Positions 1-13,714 are shown, counted from the first letter of the stretch. The stretch: DNA of 64,000 bases from the human T2T-CHM13v2.0 reference genome, Homo sapiens (GCF_009914755.1 NC_060929.1); one strand, 5' to 3'. The notes: generated from the sequence alone by a model not told the origin. A program made the numbers and translations.

Positions 1-574
1 GCGGTTTTCTCCTATCTCAGTAGATGGAACATACAATCAGGTTTTACACCGAGACATTCCATTGCCCAGGGACGAGCAGGAGACTGATGCCTTCCTCTTA
101 TCTCAACTGCAAAGAGGCCTTCCTCTTTTACGAATCCTCCTCAGCACAGACCCTTTATGGGTGTCGTGCTGGGGGACGGTCAGGTCTTTCCCTTCCCACG
201 AGGCCATATTTCAGACTATCACATGGGGAGAAACCTTGGACAATACCTGGCTTTCCTAGGTAGAGGTCCCTGCGGCCTTCCACAGTGTTGTGTCCCTGGG
301 TACCTGAGAGTAGGGAGTTGTGATGACTTTTTACAAGCATGCTGCCTTCAAGCATTTGTTTAACAAAGCACATCCTGCATAGCCCTAAATCCATTAAACC
401 TTGAGTCCACACAGCACATGTTTCTGCGAGCACAGGGTTGGGGGTAGGGTTACAGATTAACAGCATCTCAAGGCAGAAGAATTTTTCTTAGTACAGAACA
501 AAATGAAGTCTCTTATGTCTACTTCTTTATACATAGACACAGTAACAGTCTGATCTCTCTCTCTTTTCCCCACA
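1..574 (-). mobile_element. HERV-K(HML-2) LTR (LTR5A/LTR5B-like), U3 portion, running off the left edge
   Basis: Reverse complement from 574 reads TGTGGGGAAAAGAGAGAGAGATCAGACTGTTACTGTGTCTATG...CTAAGAAAAATTCTTCTGCCTTGAGATGCTGTTAATCTG and follows the LTR5 consensus continuously to position 1. No PPT or env sequence to the right of 574. Confidence 0.95.
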
Positions 575-1902
575 TCTTTTTATTTTAATATACAAAAAGA
601 GATGAAATCCTTTTTTGATAATCATCTATTTGTCCTTCCAACAATTTAAAGGAGAATGAGAAGATTATGATTTTGTGGTAGCAGACTATTATCTTAGAAG
701 CCTTAATTTGCATTTTATTCATTTCATTTTTAGCATTATGTCCAAGTCACACAATGTAATTCCTTACTTGCTAATTACTGCCTATATAGGAATTGGTTCA
801 GAGGATCTTTGAACCCTTGGTTTTTTAAAATCTACTTGTCTGTGCCAGGCATATTGCTTTTGTTACTCTTACCTGATACAGAATATTTTCATGGCTGCAT
901 ACTGTGTTTCTGTGTCCCACATACAAAATAACAAATGACAAAAATTAAGAAAGGAAAGTCTTTTCTATTTAGAGAGCAGCATTCACACAGCCACTAGATT
1001 AATGTTAGCTTTGAAGCTGCATGATGAGCAATAGAGGTTTCTTACCAAGATACTCATTAGCATCCCTTTGTGACTTGTAAGAAATAATTTGCACAGTTTT
1101 AAATTTAATGTTAACCCAAAGCTTCTTTGTTGACTGATCAATTTCTAACCACAACAAACTCATTTGTTTCCATTTTGATTGATAAGCAAGGTGCAAAAGT
1201 GAGTCCATTTCCTTCCTTTCTTCTTCTGTCTCCTCTTACTACATAATTAACTAAAAACAGAATATAATAACCTGATTGGTTTACCTAGCACTTGAATATA
1301 CGTGTATATCAGATTGTCTTTATAAACAAATCTCAGTTGTCTTGAAATACGAGGATAAGATTGTCTTGCAATGGAAACACAATACAGCAAACTTTGTCAG
1401 GCTACTGCTCATAATTATAGGACATTTCTAAGATCATTTATATCTCTTCTCTTCCTCACCATGCCATATTTCTCTGCTTTATTCTTGTGTAAAACAATAT
1501 AGGCCTATGTGTCTCCAATTTTCTTTTCTTCTCTACCCTGAATTGATTTATCAGTTATTACTTGAATCAGATATGATTGTTTACATGGAAAATCCAAAGG
1601 GACAACAAGAATCTCATCAGATAAAATGAGGAAATACAGTGGTAGTTGTTTGGTAGAAACATTACTATGTAAAAATCAGCAGCTTTTAATATATAAATCA
1701 CATACATTTTACATAGAGAAATTATGCAAAAATACAATAGCAACAACAATTACAGAAACCCAACAAGTGCAGAACACCAGCTTATATTTTGAGATAGTAC
1801 CCTGGGTTTAGAGGTATCACACATGATGATTTGTGTAGGACAGTCTCGCTTTATGTGTCTTGACACAAAATTCGGATTTTTAAATGTAAAGCAAAGTTTA
1901 TT

Positions 1903-2779
1903 CAAATATACAAGAGAAAAACAACGCCATAAAAAAGTGGGCAAAGGACACGAACAGACACCTCACAAAAGAAGACATATATGCAGTCAATAAGCATATA
2001 AAATATCTCAATATCATCCATCATGAGAGAAATGCAAATCAAAACCACAATTAGATACCATCTTACACCAGTCAGAATGGCTGTGACTAAAAAGTAAAAA
2101 AATAGCAGATGCTAGAGAGGTTGTGGAGAAAAGGGAACATTTAGTCACTGTTCACAGAAGTGCAAATTATTTCAACCACTGGGGAAAGTAGTATGGTGAT
2201 CTCTTAAAGAGTGAAAAGCAAAACTACCATTTGACCCAGTAATTCCATTACTGGGTATATACCCAGAGGAATATAAATCATTCTACCATAAAGTCACATG
2301 CACACAAATGTTCATTGTAGCACTATTCACAATAGCAAAGACATGGAGTCAACCTAAGTGGCCATCAATGACAGATTGGATAAAGAAAATGTGGTACATA
2401 TATACACGTGTAATACTATGCAGCCATAAAATAGAATGAGATGATGTCCTTTGTAGGAACATGGATGGAACTGGAGGCTATTATCCTTAGCAAACTAATG
2501 CAGGAACGGAAAACCAAATACTGCATGTTCTCACTTATATGTGGGAGCTAAATTATGAGAATCTTTGAACACAGAGATGGAAACAATAGACATTAGGGAA
2601 CATTTGAACGTGGAGGTGGGAGGAAGGAGAGGAGCAGAAAAGATAACTATTTGGTACTGGGCCTAATTCCTCTGTGATGAAGTAATCAGTATGACAAATT
2701 CCCATGACATGAGTTTACCTGTGTAACATTTTCATGTGCACCACTGAACCTAAAATAAAAGTTAAAATTAAAAAAAAAA
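1903..2779 (+). mobile_element. 5'-truncated L1 (L1PA13-16 class), ORF2 end + 3'UTR + poly(A)
   Basis: AAAAAGTGGGCAAAGGACACGAACAGACAC...ATGCAAATCAAAACCACAA...CTGAACCTAAAATAAAAGTT + A tail. Degenerate TSD AAGCAAAGTTTATT (~1889-1902) / AAACAAAGTTCATT (~2777-2790). Confidence 0.92.
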
Positions 2780-3194
2780 CAAAGTTCATTAATAATAGTA
2801 AGCATTAAAATAGAGTGGAATAAATTTGGAAGTCCTTGTCTTTTGTTGCTAACATTTGCCATGGTCTAGAAATATATGTTGCACATGTACAGGAAACAGA
2901 GTTGTCATTTTAACATGGAGTAAAACCTGAAAGAAGATCCTGGGTAGTCCATGTCACTATTCTGATAGCCAACAGATTCCAGTCCCAGGTGGTGGGGAAA
3001 GACTGTGCCACTGCTGCCTCTTCCAGACACTGGAATAAATAACAGTTGTGCTGTGGCATTGTGAGAGATACATGAAGCAGCTAGTTAGTCACTAGTTAGA
3101 GTATTTGAGTAAATATGAGTGTTCAAAGGGAAAGTGTTTGAAAGATGTGTGGCAAAACAGAGGCTCAAAATTTCTGTTCAGGAACTTATATGCA

Positions 3195-3543
3195 AAAGGA
3201 ACAAAGTAAGTATTGAGACATGTTACAACCCAGATGAACCTACACAACATTTATGTAGCAAAAAAAGCCAGATACAACAGACTATATTGTATAACTCCAA
3301 TAATAGAAATATTCAAAACAGGCAAATTTATAGAGACATAATGTGGATTACCTGTTTTCTGGGTTTGGGATGGGAATTTAACTGGGAGTGACTGCAAATG
3401 GGAAGGCAGTTTGTTTTTCGTATAATGGAAATGTTCCAAAATTAGATCATGGTGGTGATTCCATAAACCTATAAATTTACTGAAACTCATTGAAAAATTT
3501 AAAATGAGTGAATTTCATGGTATGCAAATAATACCTCAATAAA
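3195..3543 (+). mobile_element. Old L1 3' end (L1MB-like)
   Basis: ACAACCCAGATGAACC...AAAGCCAGATACAA...AAATGTTCCAAAATTAGAT...ATACCTCAATAAA, typical of the L1MB/ME 3'UTR. Confidence 0.75.
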
Positions 3544-3649
3544 TCAGCTTAGTCTTATAATGGTTTTTTCATTTATTTTGTGTAATAATTGTACAACTTT
3601 TAATGTATTTTACCATCTAGCAACTGTATCTCATTTTGTAATAATTGCT

Positions 3650-4680
3650 TTCAGCAGCAATCAGCTAAAAAGGTGGGAGATGGGAGTAAGTACATGTTTA
3701 ATGAAAAGTGAATGAATTTATTTCTCAAGAAAGTTGAAAATGAAAGTGTTACTTGAATCAATTATTTGTCAATATTTACCAACCCCATGGAGGCCATAGT
3801 AATGTCACTGAACATGAGAACTGGAATAGACAGATCTGCTGAAGACACATTAGCATCTACTTCAGAAGTTTAGAATTATTTTGAGAATAATATACTTGAA
3901 GTAAACATTTTAATACATAAATCTGCAGAGAGAGTTTATATATAGCTTTCTCTAAAGCATGAATTTTCAGTTTCACTATTCTAACAATATTATTTAGTTT
4001 AATCTCACATTTTCCTGTTCAGAATTGAAAAGTGAAGCAACAGGTGTTAATGCATTAATTCCTTTAGCAGAAAAAGAACTTTACTAACAATTAAATGATG
4101 TCATGTTTTCATCACTGTCAGCAGATGCTACAAACATAAAATAATTTCATTTCAAGATGATTTGATTTTGTTTCTGCCATTCATGGAATCTAAGTAATGC
4201 TTTTGGAAGTTCATTCTGTCCAAGGTGAAACATTTAACACCATAATAAATACTGATATAAATTTAGTTAAAAGTTAAACATAAAAATCATAATAAATGCT
4301 GATATACATTTAGTTAAAAGCTAAACATATGAATTGTTTCTGCTGTACACATGACTTTAACTAAATCTAAACAAGCCATAATATTCTACCAATCAAAATA
4401 AAATTTGAAAATAGTGTTTATATATGTATACCTTATACATATATATAGTATATAAACATATAAATATAGAGAAAATAGTTTATATATATTTGTTAGTAAC
4501 CATGTGGTAAAAGAGGTATAAAGTATACGGTTTATATCTAGTTAGAGTAACTGAACTACAAATTTTTGTGACAAAATTGAAGCTGAATAAATATTTCAGT
4601 ATGACAGCATACACTTCCTTTACTTTCTGTCAGAAATCTAATTTTATAAATGTTTGAGCTTTCGAAGAATGAAGCTGAAA
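3650..4680 (+). mobile_element. hAT DNA transposon (BLACKJACK-like) transposase remnant
   Basis: Frame from 4010 translates FSCSELKSEATGVNALIPLAEKELY*QLNDVMFSSLSADATNIK, then IHGI*VMLLEVHSVQGET. This resembles the hAT-Blackjack transposase around the first catalytic Asp and contains in-frame stops. Confidence 0.7.
4241..4329. repeat. 47-bp tandem duplication
   Basis: CATAATAAATACTGATATAAATTTAGTTAAAAGTTAAACATA at 4241 recurs at 4288 with 3 substitutions. Confidence 0.9.
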
Positions 4681-5279
4681 TAGATGAAAAGAGAATAAAC
4701 CTAGGTTGTTGAGAATGGGAAATCAGAGATCTCATTGAGAAGACATTTTGAAAGATTTCTTGGGGACTGGAAGTACACATTGATACATCAAAAACAAGGA
4801 ACTTATTTTCTGGAAGTCAAAAAGGAAAATACTGGAGCAGAGATGGAATAAGTCTTCCCAAAAAAGACCGCATAAATTGTCAGGCATATATACAAAGATT
4901 AGGACCAGCTGGTAATAAAGGAAGAATGTTAACTGGAAGCACTATCTGTGGAAAAGCTACCTCAGCTATCACATTTTCTGCCTTCTGATACATGCAGAGC
5001 ACTTGGCAACCCAGAATCTATACCCAGATATTAAACTGAGAGCTCTTCTCTAATAGAATTAGCTAATATTCCTGAGCAGACCTGAGTTGTTTAATGTGGC
5101 ACATTGGGTCCTCTTTTGTATTCGTGTACCCCATATTCAAGAAATACCCATCACGGAGAGACATCTACAAAGAAAGTGCTGCTTCCATATATATTGTAAA
5201 CAGAGGTAAAGAAAACTGCATTGACTATTATAATAATTAAACTAGGCTTTCATTCTTAACTATGGCTGGAAAAAAAAGA

Positions 5280-5960
5280 AAGATTTGCCAAATATTTGAG
5301 AAAAAAATTAAGCAAAAAGGAGAACAAGGTAAAGAAAACAACTGATCTTGGAGAAATCTATTTTATGGATAAAAGAAATTAAAAAGCTTTGAAAGTAGTA
5401 TCTTGAACAAGACAAATTAAAAATATTACACTGAAATCAGAAAAGAAGTTTTTAAGAATTAAAAATATAATTTCCCAAATTATACACATACACATACACA
5501 CACCAATAACACAGACATATAAGGTTCAAAGAAGTTTCCCGAAATACAGAACAAATAAACTAAAAGTCAACTGACATAAAGGAAAGATAAAAGCATAAAG
5601 TAGGATGTCTGCTATCAGACTAGAGTACTATAAAGAGACCAGAAAAAAGGGAAGAAGGAAATAATAAAATTAAAATCAAAAGAATTTGTCTCAGAGCTAA
5701 AGAAAAGCTAGAGTTTTCAAATTAGAGGATCCAACATGGTACATTCATAATAAGAAATACTTAGCAACAGAAAAGGACAGACTACCAATACAGACACAAC
5801 ATAGATGGATTTCAAATGCATTATGTCAGGCAAAAGAAGATGACATATTGCATGATTCCATTTATGTGTCATTCTGGAACAAGTAAATATATAAGGAGAG
5901 AGACACATCAGTGGTCACTAGGCGCTGAGGGAGAGAGAAGGGCATGAATAAAAGAGGGTA
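5280..5960 (+). mobile_element. Degenerate HAL1/L1M ORF1-like sequence followed by an L1M 3' fragment
   Basis: A-rich ORF1-like sequence, then CAACATAGATGGATTTCAAATGCATTATG...ATGATTCCATTTATG (L1M 3'UTR motif). Confidence 0.5.
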
Positions 5961-6951
5961 TGAAAGAAAAGCCAAAACAAATTTCAAGCGATGTCATGGA
6001 CTCTCCTGCAAACCAGTGTGATTTTGTGGCGATACCCGATCTCGTCTCATAAGTCAGTAATAACCAATAGTTGTCTGTGCTGGAAACTTAGTACCAATCA
6101 TTAGGGGTCACTCAGTGATTCATTTGTGGCCAAAATGCAACTATGAGCTTGCCAAATAGAATTAAAATGCTGCAGGGTTATTTGTCAAGTGTTGTTTGAC
6201 ATGCAGTGACTGTGTTTTCTGTACAGAAACCATAAACATCAGGTATATTTCAACCAAATAAACTGAGGCCTGAGCCTATCTAACACACATTTATGGTAAA
6301 GCATGTAAAAGTAAGACAACCTTTGAACATATGTCATTTGTTCCCCAGGACTTCTTCAAATTATGTATCTATGAAAGTACGATTATAAAAGGTAAATGCC
6401 ACAAATGTTTCCTGAGCATCATCTCAGTGAAGAAATGCACAACATGATAGGGTTTTAGATTTCTGGTTTTCTGGTCTATTGTGATGTTTGTCAGCTAAAA
6501 AGTTTCTTAACAGTTGGGTGCAAATGCTTAGGAAGCCAATGGCTCTATTACAAAACATTGGTACAAAAGAAAGTTGTTTGTCTTTCAAAGAAAATTCAAT
6601 ATTCAGGTTTTTTGCACATTTTAGCTAGCTCATGAGCAAATTGTAGGTAGGTGTTTGACTCATACCAATGAGTGACTAATAATGTAAAAAACAGTATTAA
6701 AAATTGAGGGAACTAAGTAACATAGTTAAAAGTAGCTGTAAGCCAGTAGGAAGGAATATCAAAGCCAAAGGAAAGGATACCTAGAACAGAATAATGAAGA
6801 TTAAAGCATGACAACCACAGGTTTAATCGTCATTATTCTGTTCTTTATTCTGTTCTGTGGTGGAAGCTCCCAGCATCTCAGGCAGTCATCTACTTAGTGC
6901 AAAGTACTTAGGTGGAGTTAGCACCTTCCAAAGACTGCTTAAGTGAAGGAA

Positions 6952-6956
6952 TGTGT

Positions 6957-6996
<40 letters not shown>
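6952..6996. repeat. (TG)n microsatellite
   Basis: Interrupted TG run of about 20 units. Confidence 0.95.
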
Positions 6997-7479
6997 TTGT
7001 ATAGGGGGCTTAAGAACTCTCAGCTTGTGGTATCTGATAAGGAAAGTTTTGGGGGACAGTGATTTGAGTAAGGTATATTTTTCTTAATTATAATTGAGAG
7101 GCATGAACCTAAACATGAAACCTTTGGATTTTCAGTGATGTACTGGTTGTTAACAGTACCACATAAGGTCCTATCCATGAGGGTTCAAAACAATCTTTTT
7201 CTGGTGTTATGTCCAGAAAATTAAGTCTCTAGGTTTTAGATCAAGCAAAGGTTATTTAAAAGGATATTGAGAAAAGGCTGCTCATAATTAATGATTGATT
7301 AAACACTGTATTGTGTAAGTCCTTTGAAATATTTAATAATGTCAGTTTGTAATAAGGCAGAATCTAGAATTGGAGAGGATATTCAAAACACATCAGATAT
7401 TCAGTTATCAGTTTAAAGGAAAAGCTACTAAAGACACCTGAAAGAGTTAACCTTTGCCATTAAAAACTATTATGTAAAC

Positions 7480-7890
7480 TAGGGTATATCCATATAATGA
7501 TAAACTCTGGCAATAGAAAGAAATAAACTATAGATACATACTGTAACATAGATGAATCTCAACATAATTATGCTGAGTGATAAAATCCAAACAAAAACAT
7601 GGTACATAATATATAATCTCATTTTTATAAAATTATGAAAAACACAAACTAATCTATAGTGACAGATAGCAGACCAGTGGTTTCCTGGAGACAGAGGTAG
7701 AATATTAAGAGGTCGGAAGATGTTACCATGGGGAATAAGAAACTTCTGTAAATGATGAACTTGTTTATTTTGAGTTTGTGATGGTTTCATGAATATATAC
7801 ATATATGCAGACATTTCAAATTACATTCTTTAAATATGTGCTATGTATTGTACATTAATTATAGCATAATAAAGTTTTTAATAAAAAATT
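7480..7890 (+). mobile_element. Old L1 3' end (L1MC/ME-like)
   Basis: AACATAGATGAATCTCAACATAATTATGCTGAGTGA...ACTAATCTATAGTGACAG...AATAAAGTT. Confidence 0.75.
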
Positions 7891-7931
7891 AAGATGACAT
7901 CATCATCATTATCATATAATTTCGTTAAATG

Positions 7932-10832
7932 CAGGCATACTTTAGAGTTTGGTTCCAGAACTCCACAGTAAGCCAAGATCATAAAAAAGCAAGCCACATT
8001 TTTTTGTTTTGTTTTTTTTCAAGTCTGTATAGAAGTTTTGTTTGCACTGTAGTGTAGTTTATTAAGTGTGCAAATAGTATTATGCCTACGAAACAATGTA
8101 TATATATGCCTTAATTTTAAAATACTTTGTTGCTAAAAAATCATAACAATCTTCTGAGCCTTCAGGTATTGAAATCTTTTTGCTGGTAGAGAGTCTTGCC
8201 TTGTTGTTGATGGCTGCTAACTGATTAAGATGATGGTCACTGAAGACAGGGGCAGCTGTGGCAATTTCTAAAAATAAGACAACAATGACATTTGCCCCAT
8301 CAATGGACTATTTCTATCATGAACGATTTCTCTGTAGTTCAGTGCCGTTTGATAGCCTTTTACCCAGAGCAGAATTTCTTTCAAAATTGGAGTCAATCCT
8401 CTGCAACCCTGCCATTGCTTTATCAATGAAGTTTGTGTATGAATTAGTCAAGGTTCCCTAGAGGGACAGAATTAATAGGATATATATATATATATGATAT
8501 CTCTCTCTATATATCTATATCTATATATATATCACATATATATCTATCTATATATCACATATATATCTATATATCACATATATATCTATCTATATATCAC
8601 ATATATATATGAGTTTATTAAGTATTAACTTACACAATCACAAGGTCCCACAATAGGCTGTCTGCAAGCTGAGGATCAAGGAGAGCCAGTCCGAGTCTCC
8701 ACACTGAAGAACTTGGAGTCTGATGTTTGAGGGCAGGAAGCATCCAGCATGGGAGAAAGATGTAGGCTGGGAGGCTAGGCCAGTCTCACCTCTTCATGTT
8801 TTTCTGCCTGCTTCATATTCACTGGGAGCTGATTAGATTGTGCCCACCAGATTAAGGGTGGGGTCTGCCTTCCCCAGCCCACTGACTCAAATGTTAATCT
8901 CCTTTGGCAACACCCTCGTAGACACATCCAGGAACAATACTTTGCATACTTCAATCCAATCAAGTTGGCACTCACCATTAACCATCACAATGTAATACTC
9001 TAAATCCTTAGTTGTCATTTCAACAATGTTCATAGCATTCTCACCAAGAGTAGATTCCATCTCAAGAAACTACTTTCTTTGCTCATCCATAAGAAGCAAC
9101 TTCTTATCCATTTAAGTTTTGCCGTGAGATGACAGCAGTTCAGTCACATCTTCACATCTTCAGCCTCAATTTCTAATTCTAGTGCTCTTGCTATTTCCAC
9201 TACATCTGCAGTTACTCCCTCCACTGGAGTATTAAACCCCGCAAAATTATCTACGATGGTGGGAATCAACTTCTTCCACACTCCTGTTAATGTTGATAGG
9301 TTGACCTCCTCACATAATTTGGAATGTTTTTAATGGCATCTAGAATGGTGAATCCTTTCCAGAAGCTTTTCCATTTGCTTTCTCAGACCCACCAGAGGCA
9401 TCACTTTCAATGGCAGTAATAGCCTTAAGAAATGTATTTTTTAAATAAGACTTGAAAATTAAAATTCTTCTTGATCCAGGGGCTGAAGAATAGATGTGTT
9501 AGCAGTCATGAAAACAACATTTTTTTCGTATATTTCCATCAGAGCTCTTGAGTGACCAAATATATTGTCAATGAAATGTGATATTTTGAAAGAAATATTT
9601 TTTTCTGAGTATAGTTCTCAAGCGTGGGCTTAAAATATTCAGTAAACCATGCTATAAACAGATGTGCTGTCATCCAGGCTTTGCTGTTCCATATAGCACA
9701 CAGAACAGATATAGCATATATAGATATGATAGATGAGCATCAGATTCAACTTGAGGTCACCAGCTGCGTTAGCTCCTAACAAGTCAGCCTGTCCTTTGAA
9801 GCTTTGAAGCCAGGCAATGACTTCCTTTAGTTTTGGAAAGTCTTAGATGGCATCTTCTTCCACTAGAGGGCAGTTTCATCTGCACTGAACATCTATTTAT
9901 GCTCATCCTCAATTATCTTAGCTATTAATAGATCTTCTGGATAACTTACTACAGCTTGGATGTCAGCACTTGCTGCTTCACCTTACACTTTTATGTTCCA
10001 GAGATGGTGTCTTTCCTTAAACCTCAGGAACCAACTTCTGCTAGCTTCAAACTTTTCTTCTGTGGCTTCCTGACTCTCTTAGCCTTCATAGAATTGAAGA
10101 GAGTTAGGAACTTGTGCTGGGTTAGGCTGTGGCGTCAGGGAGTGTGATGGCTGGTTTAATCTTTCATGCAGGCCATTAAAACTTTCTCCATATAAGTAAC
10201 AAAGCTATTTTGCATTTTGATCATTTGTGTGTTCACTGGACTAACAATTTCCTTCAGGAACTTTTTCTTTGCAGTTATAACTTGGCTATTTCTTAGAAGA
10301 GACCTAGCTTTTGTTCTATCTCAGCTTTCAACATACTTTCCCTACTAAACTCAATCATTTCTAGCTTTTGATTTAAATTGAGAAACATGCAACTCTTCCT
10401 TTCACTTGAATACTTACAGGTCATGGTAGGATTATTAACTGGCCTGATTTCAATATTGTTGTGTCTCAAGAAATAAGGATGACCATGGAGAACGAGAGAG
10501 AGACGGAGATATGGCTGGCTTGTGGAGCAGTCAGAACACACACATATTTATCTAGTATGAGTGCTATTGGTGGCACCCCAAAACAATTACAATAGTGACA
10601 TCAAAGATCCCTGATCACAGATCACCATAACAGATACAATACTAATGGAAACATGTGAGATATTTTGGAATTACCAAAATGTGATATAGAGACAAGCAGT
10701 CAGCACATACTGTTGGAAAAATATTACTGATACACTTGCTTGATGTAGAGTTGCCACAAATCTTTGATTTGTAAAAACCACACTATCTATGAAGGGCAAT
10801 AAAGCAAGCTGCCATAAAAGAAGGTTTTTCTG
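7932..10832 (-). mobile_element. Near-full-length Tigger1 (TcMar-Tigger) DNA transposon, interrupted by an MLT2A LTR
   Basis: Left end CAGGCATAC, right end AAAGCAAGCTGCCATAAAAGAAGG (degenerate TIR). Minus ORF 10293-10541 contains KYSSERKSCMFLNLNQKLEMIEFSRESMLKAEIEQKLGL, matching the Tigger1 transposase N-terminus. About 2.35 kb after removing the insert. Confidence 0.93.
8440..8989 (-). mobile_element. MLT2A (HERV-L) solo LTR nested in Tigger1
   Basis: TGAATTAGTCAAGGTTCCCTAGAGGGACAGAA...CAAGTTGGCACTCACCATTAACCATCACA. 5-bp TSD GTGTA/ATGTA. Internal (TA)/TATC expansion at 8479-8610. Confidence 0.93.
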
Positions 10833-11626
10833 GCTTTCAATTATACAATGGTTTTAGAAAACATAATTTATGTAGAAAGTTTGAATTATGAAAACTGTAC
10901 ATTTAATTTTATTTAAAGGAGAATATGATATCTACGAAAACCACAGGGAAGCCATAGAGTTATCTTTAAAACAAAATTACAAACTCATTTCAATTAATGC
11001 AAAGTTACACATTTTTATCAAAAATATTACATAAACTTTAAAAAATACAATTTACAAACCTTGCCTTCATAAACAAAATTTAAATCACGTTTGAAAGCTG
11101 CCCTTTTATCTTGAATCAAGGCCTTTTCTTCTTATCTTATAACTGCAGTTACAAAGCCATTATTTAAACTTACTTGTTCACATTTCTTAAAGCAAAATAA
11201 TCACAGTTAATTAACTTTTTCTTCATTTTCTTTAGACATTTTTAGCTGTTTATCTGAACTAGATATTCCTAGAGTGTGCATATAACAACAAAAAAATTGC
11301 TTTTTCCTGATCAATTTACCTTTAAAATCTTCTAAGTGAGAGGCAAAAACAGAGAGAAATGGAAAGAAATGGTGAAAAACAGTTTGTCTTTAGACAAATG
11401 TGAAATAAATCAAAGTTGCCTGGGTTTTTTAGGTGTAGTTGAAAGAGGAAAAAGCCAAGGGTCTTTGGGGACATAGCCTGGCCTTGGGAGTGGGGACGAA
11501 GAAGAGGGAGAAGCTGAAAAGTGGGGCAGAGTAAGAGTTGGATGAAGGCGAGGAGACTGGAGTAGGATTGAGAAGCATCCCCCAGAGAAGCAGTCTCAAG
11601 CTTTTCGCATTTTTCACTTAGCTTTT

Positions 11627-12077
11627 GTATTTGTCTCCTATCGCATCCATAAGAAATTACCACACACTGTGCAGCTTAAAACAACAGAAATTTCTCAAAG
11701 TTCTGGAGGCTAGAATTCTGAAGTGAAGGTATCTGCAGAGCCACGTTGCACCTCTGGGAGGTATAGGGATTTTTTTTTCCTTTTTTCTCTGACTCCCAGT
11801 GGTTGCTGACAGTCCTTGGCATTGCTTGGCTTTGCCATCCCGTTACTCCAATTTTTGTCTTTGTCTCCATGGGGTCATTTTTTCTCTGTGTTTCTCCTCT
11901 CTGTCTCTGTATTTAAATCTCACTCTCCTTCCATTAAGATCACATCAGTCATTGGATTGAGGGCACAGCATACCCTCACCTTAACTTCCCTATTTCCAAA
12001 AAAAGAACACATTTACAGGCATCCATTGGCAAGACTTAAATATATCTTTTTGGGGGACACAACGCAACCCACCACAC
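11627..12077 (-). mobile_element. MaLR LTR (MLT1B/C-like)
   Basis: AAATTACCACACACT...GCTTAAAACAACAGAAATT...TTCTGGAGGCTAGAA...TTTTGGGGGACACAACGCAACCCACCACA. Confidence 0.85.
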
Positions 12078-13220
12078 CTTTGCTGGAAGTCTTTCAGAGA
12101 ACCAGTGTTAGGGTCTTTAGAATTACATTAGAATTGTCTTTAGAAGCTTTATCCTAACAGTTAAAGAAAGCAAACACATTTTTTAATTGTAATTTTTCTT
12201 TCTTTCTATACCAAGGCTCCTATTAAATGAACAATCTTGTACATATGAAAAATTCCCACAATAGGGAATTCCCACAAAAGGGCCACAATGATTCCAATTT
12301 GTCTTTGGTTAGATTGTGACAATTAGAAAGATAAACAAATAAATTAGCATAGTTTTATATATAAGTAATAAAGGTGAGTTTCCCACCCAGTGAGTTGGGG
12401 CAGGCCCCATGAGTGAGAGTAAGATAACCCCATGAGAAATATACAATTAATAAAAAATGAAGCTTGTATAACTTTCCATCTACAGAATCTAGTTTAGAAA
12501 AAAAAAAAAAAAGGGGACAGCACTAGAAAGCTCTGACAAAACGCTGAGCTAAACAAAGAGGTTTCACACAGTGGAGAGTCCTAACATGGTTTCATAAAGG
12601 TGACCTGAAACAAACTTTTCCATATGGCGCCTGACTAAAGACACTCTCTCAACTCCTCAGCCCCCAGGGTCTGTTCAATGTAGGCTTATCAGCCCCTCCC
12701 TATATATGCCTCTTCAGAGGCAATGCATAACACATAAACAGAAAGACAAATGCAGACAATCACAAACATCAGAGCGTGTGAAGCCAAGATTCACGAGGAC
12801 ACCCAAGTATGATCAGAACATCATATTCTAAGAAATAAATAGTAAATCTGACATTAAATGACTCACTGAGACCATCAGAGCCCAAATTCAGTGTGAAACT
12901 TGATCATATCAGAGGACCAGGCTACCTCAATCTTGGAGACACATGTACACTGTTACCTAGTCATGGATCCTGGTATACAGCTTTAAAAGTCTCAGCCAAA
13001 TCTTGGTGGAATATTCACTATAAAAGCTTAATCAGCTAAAGACTATCAAAAATCAGCCAACAGTCAAACATGGTAACTCTCAAGTAAGAACTGTGGAATG
13101 CACCTAAAAGAGAGAAAAAGGGAACCAGGGCATGCTACTCAACTCATGAGAAAAAGAAAACAACTTTTGCAAAGTTGAGTTTCTGCTGAAAGATTATGGG
13201 GAAAAAAAAAAAAACTGTCA

Positions 13221-13581
<361 letters not shown>

Positions 13582-13714
13582 ATGGAGATTAACTAAGAAG
13601 TGGTTGCTGTAATGAGGTGAGGGCAGTTTAACCATTGCATATCCATAGGCATAAATTAAAATAGCCAAGAGAGTATGGGTATTATTGGTAAGAATGCATT
13701 GGTAAGAATGTAGC

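Noticed and set aside
24-466. ORFs of 65-103 aa
   Set aside because: Lie inside the non-coding U3 of the LTR5.
12624-12645. TGGCGCCTGA resembling a tRNA-Lys primer-binding site
   Set aside because: The match is short and no recognisable LTR lies immediately upstream.
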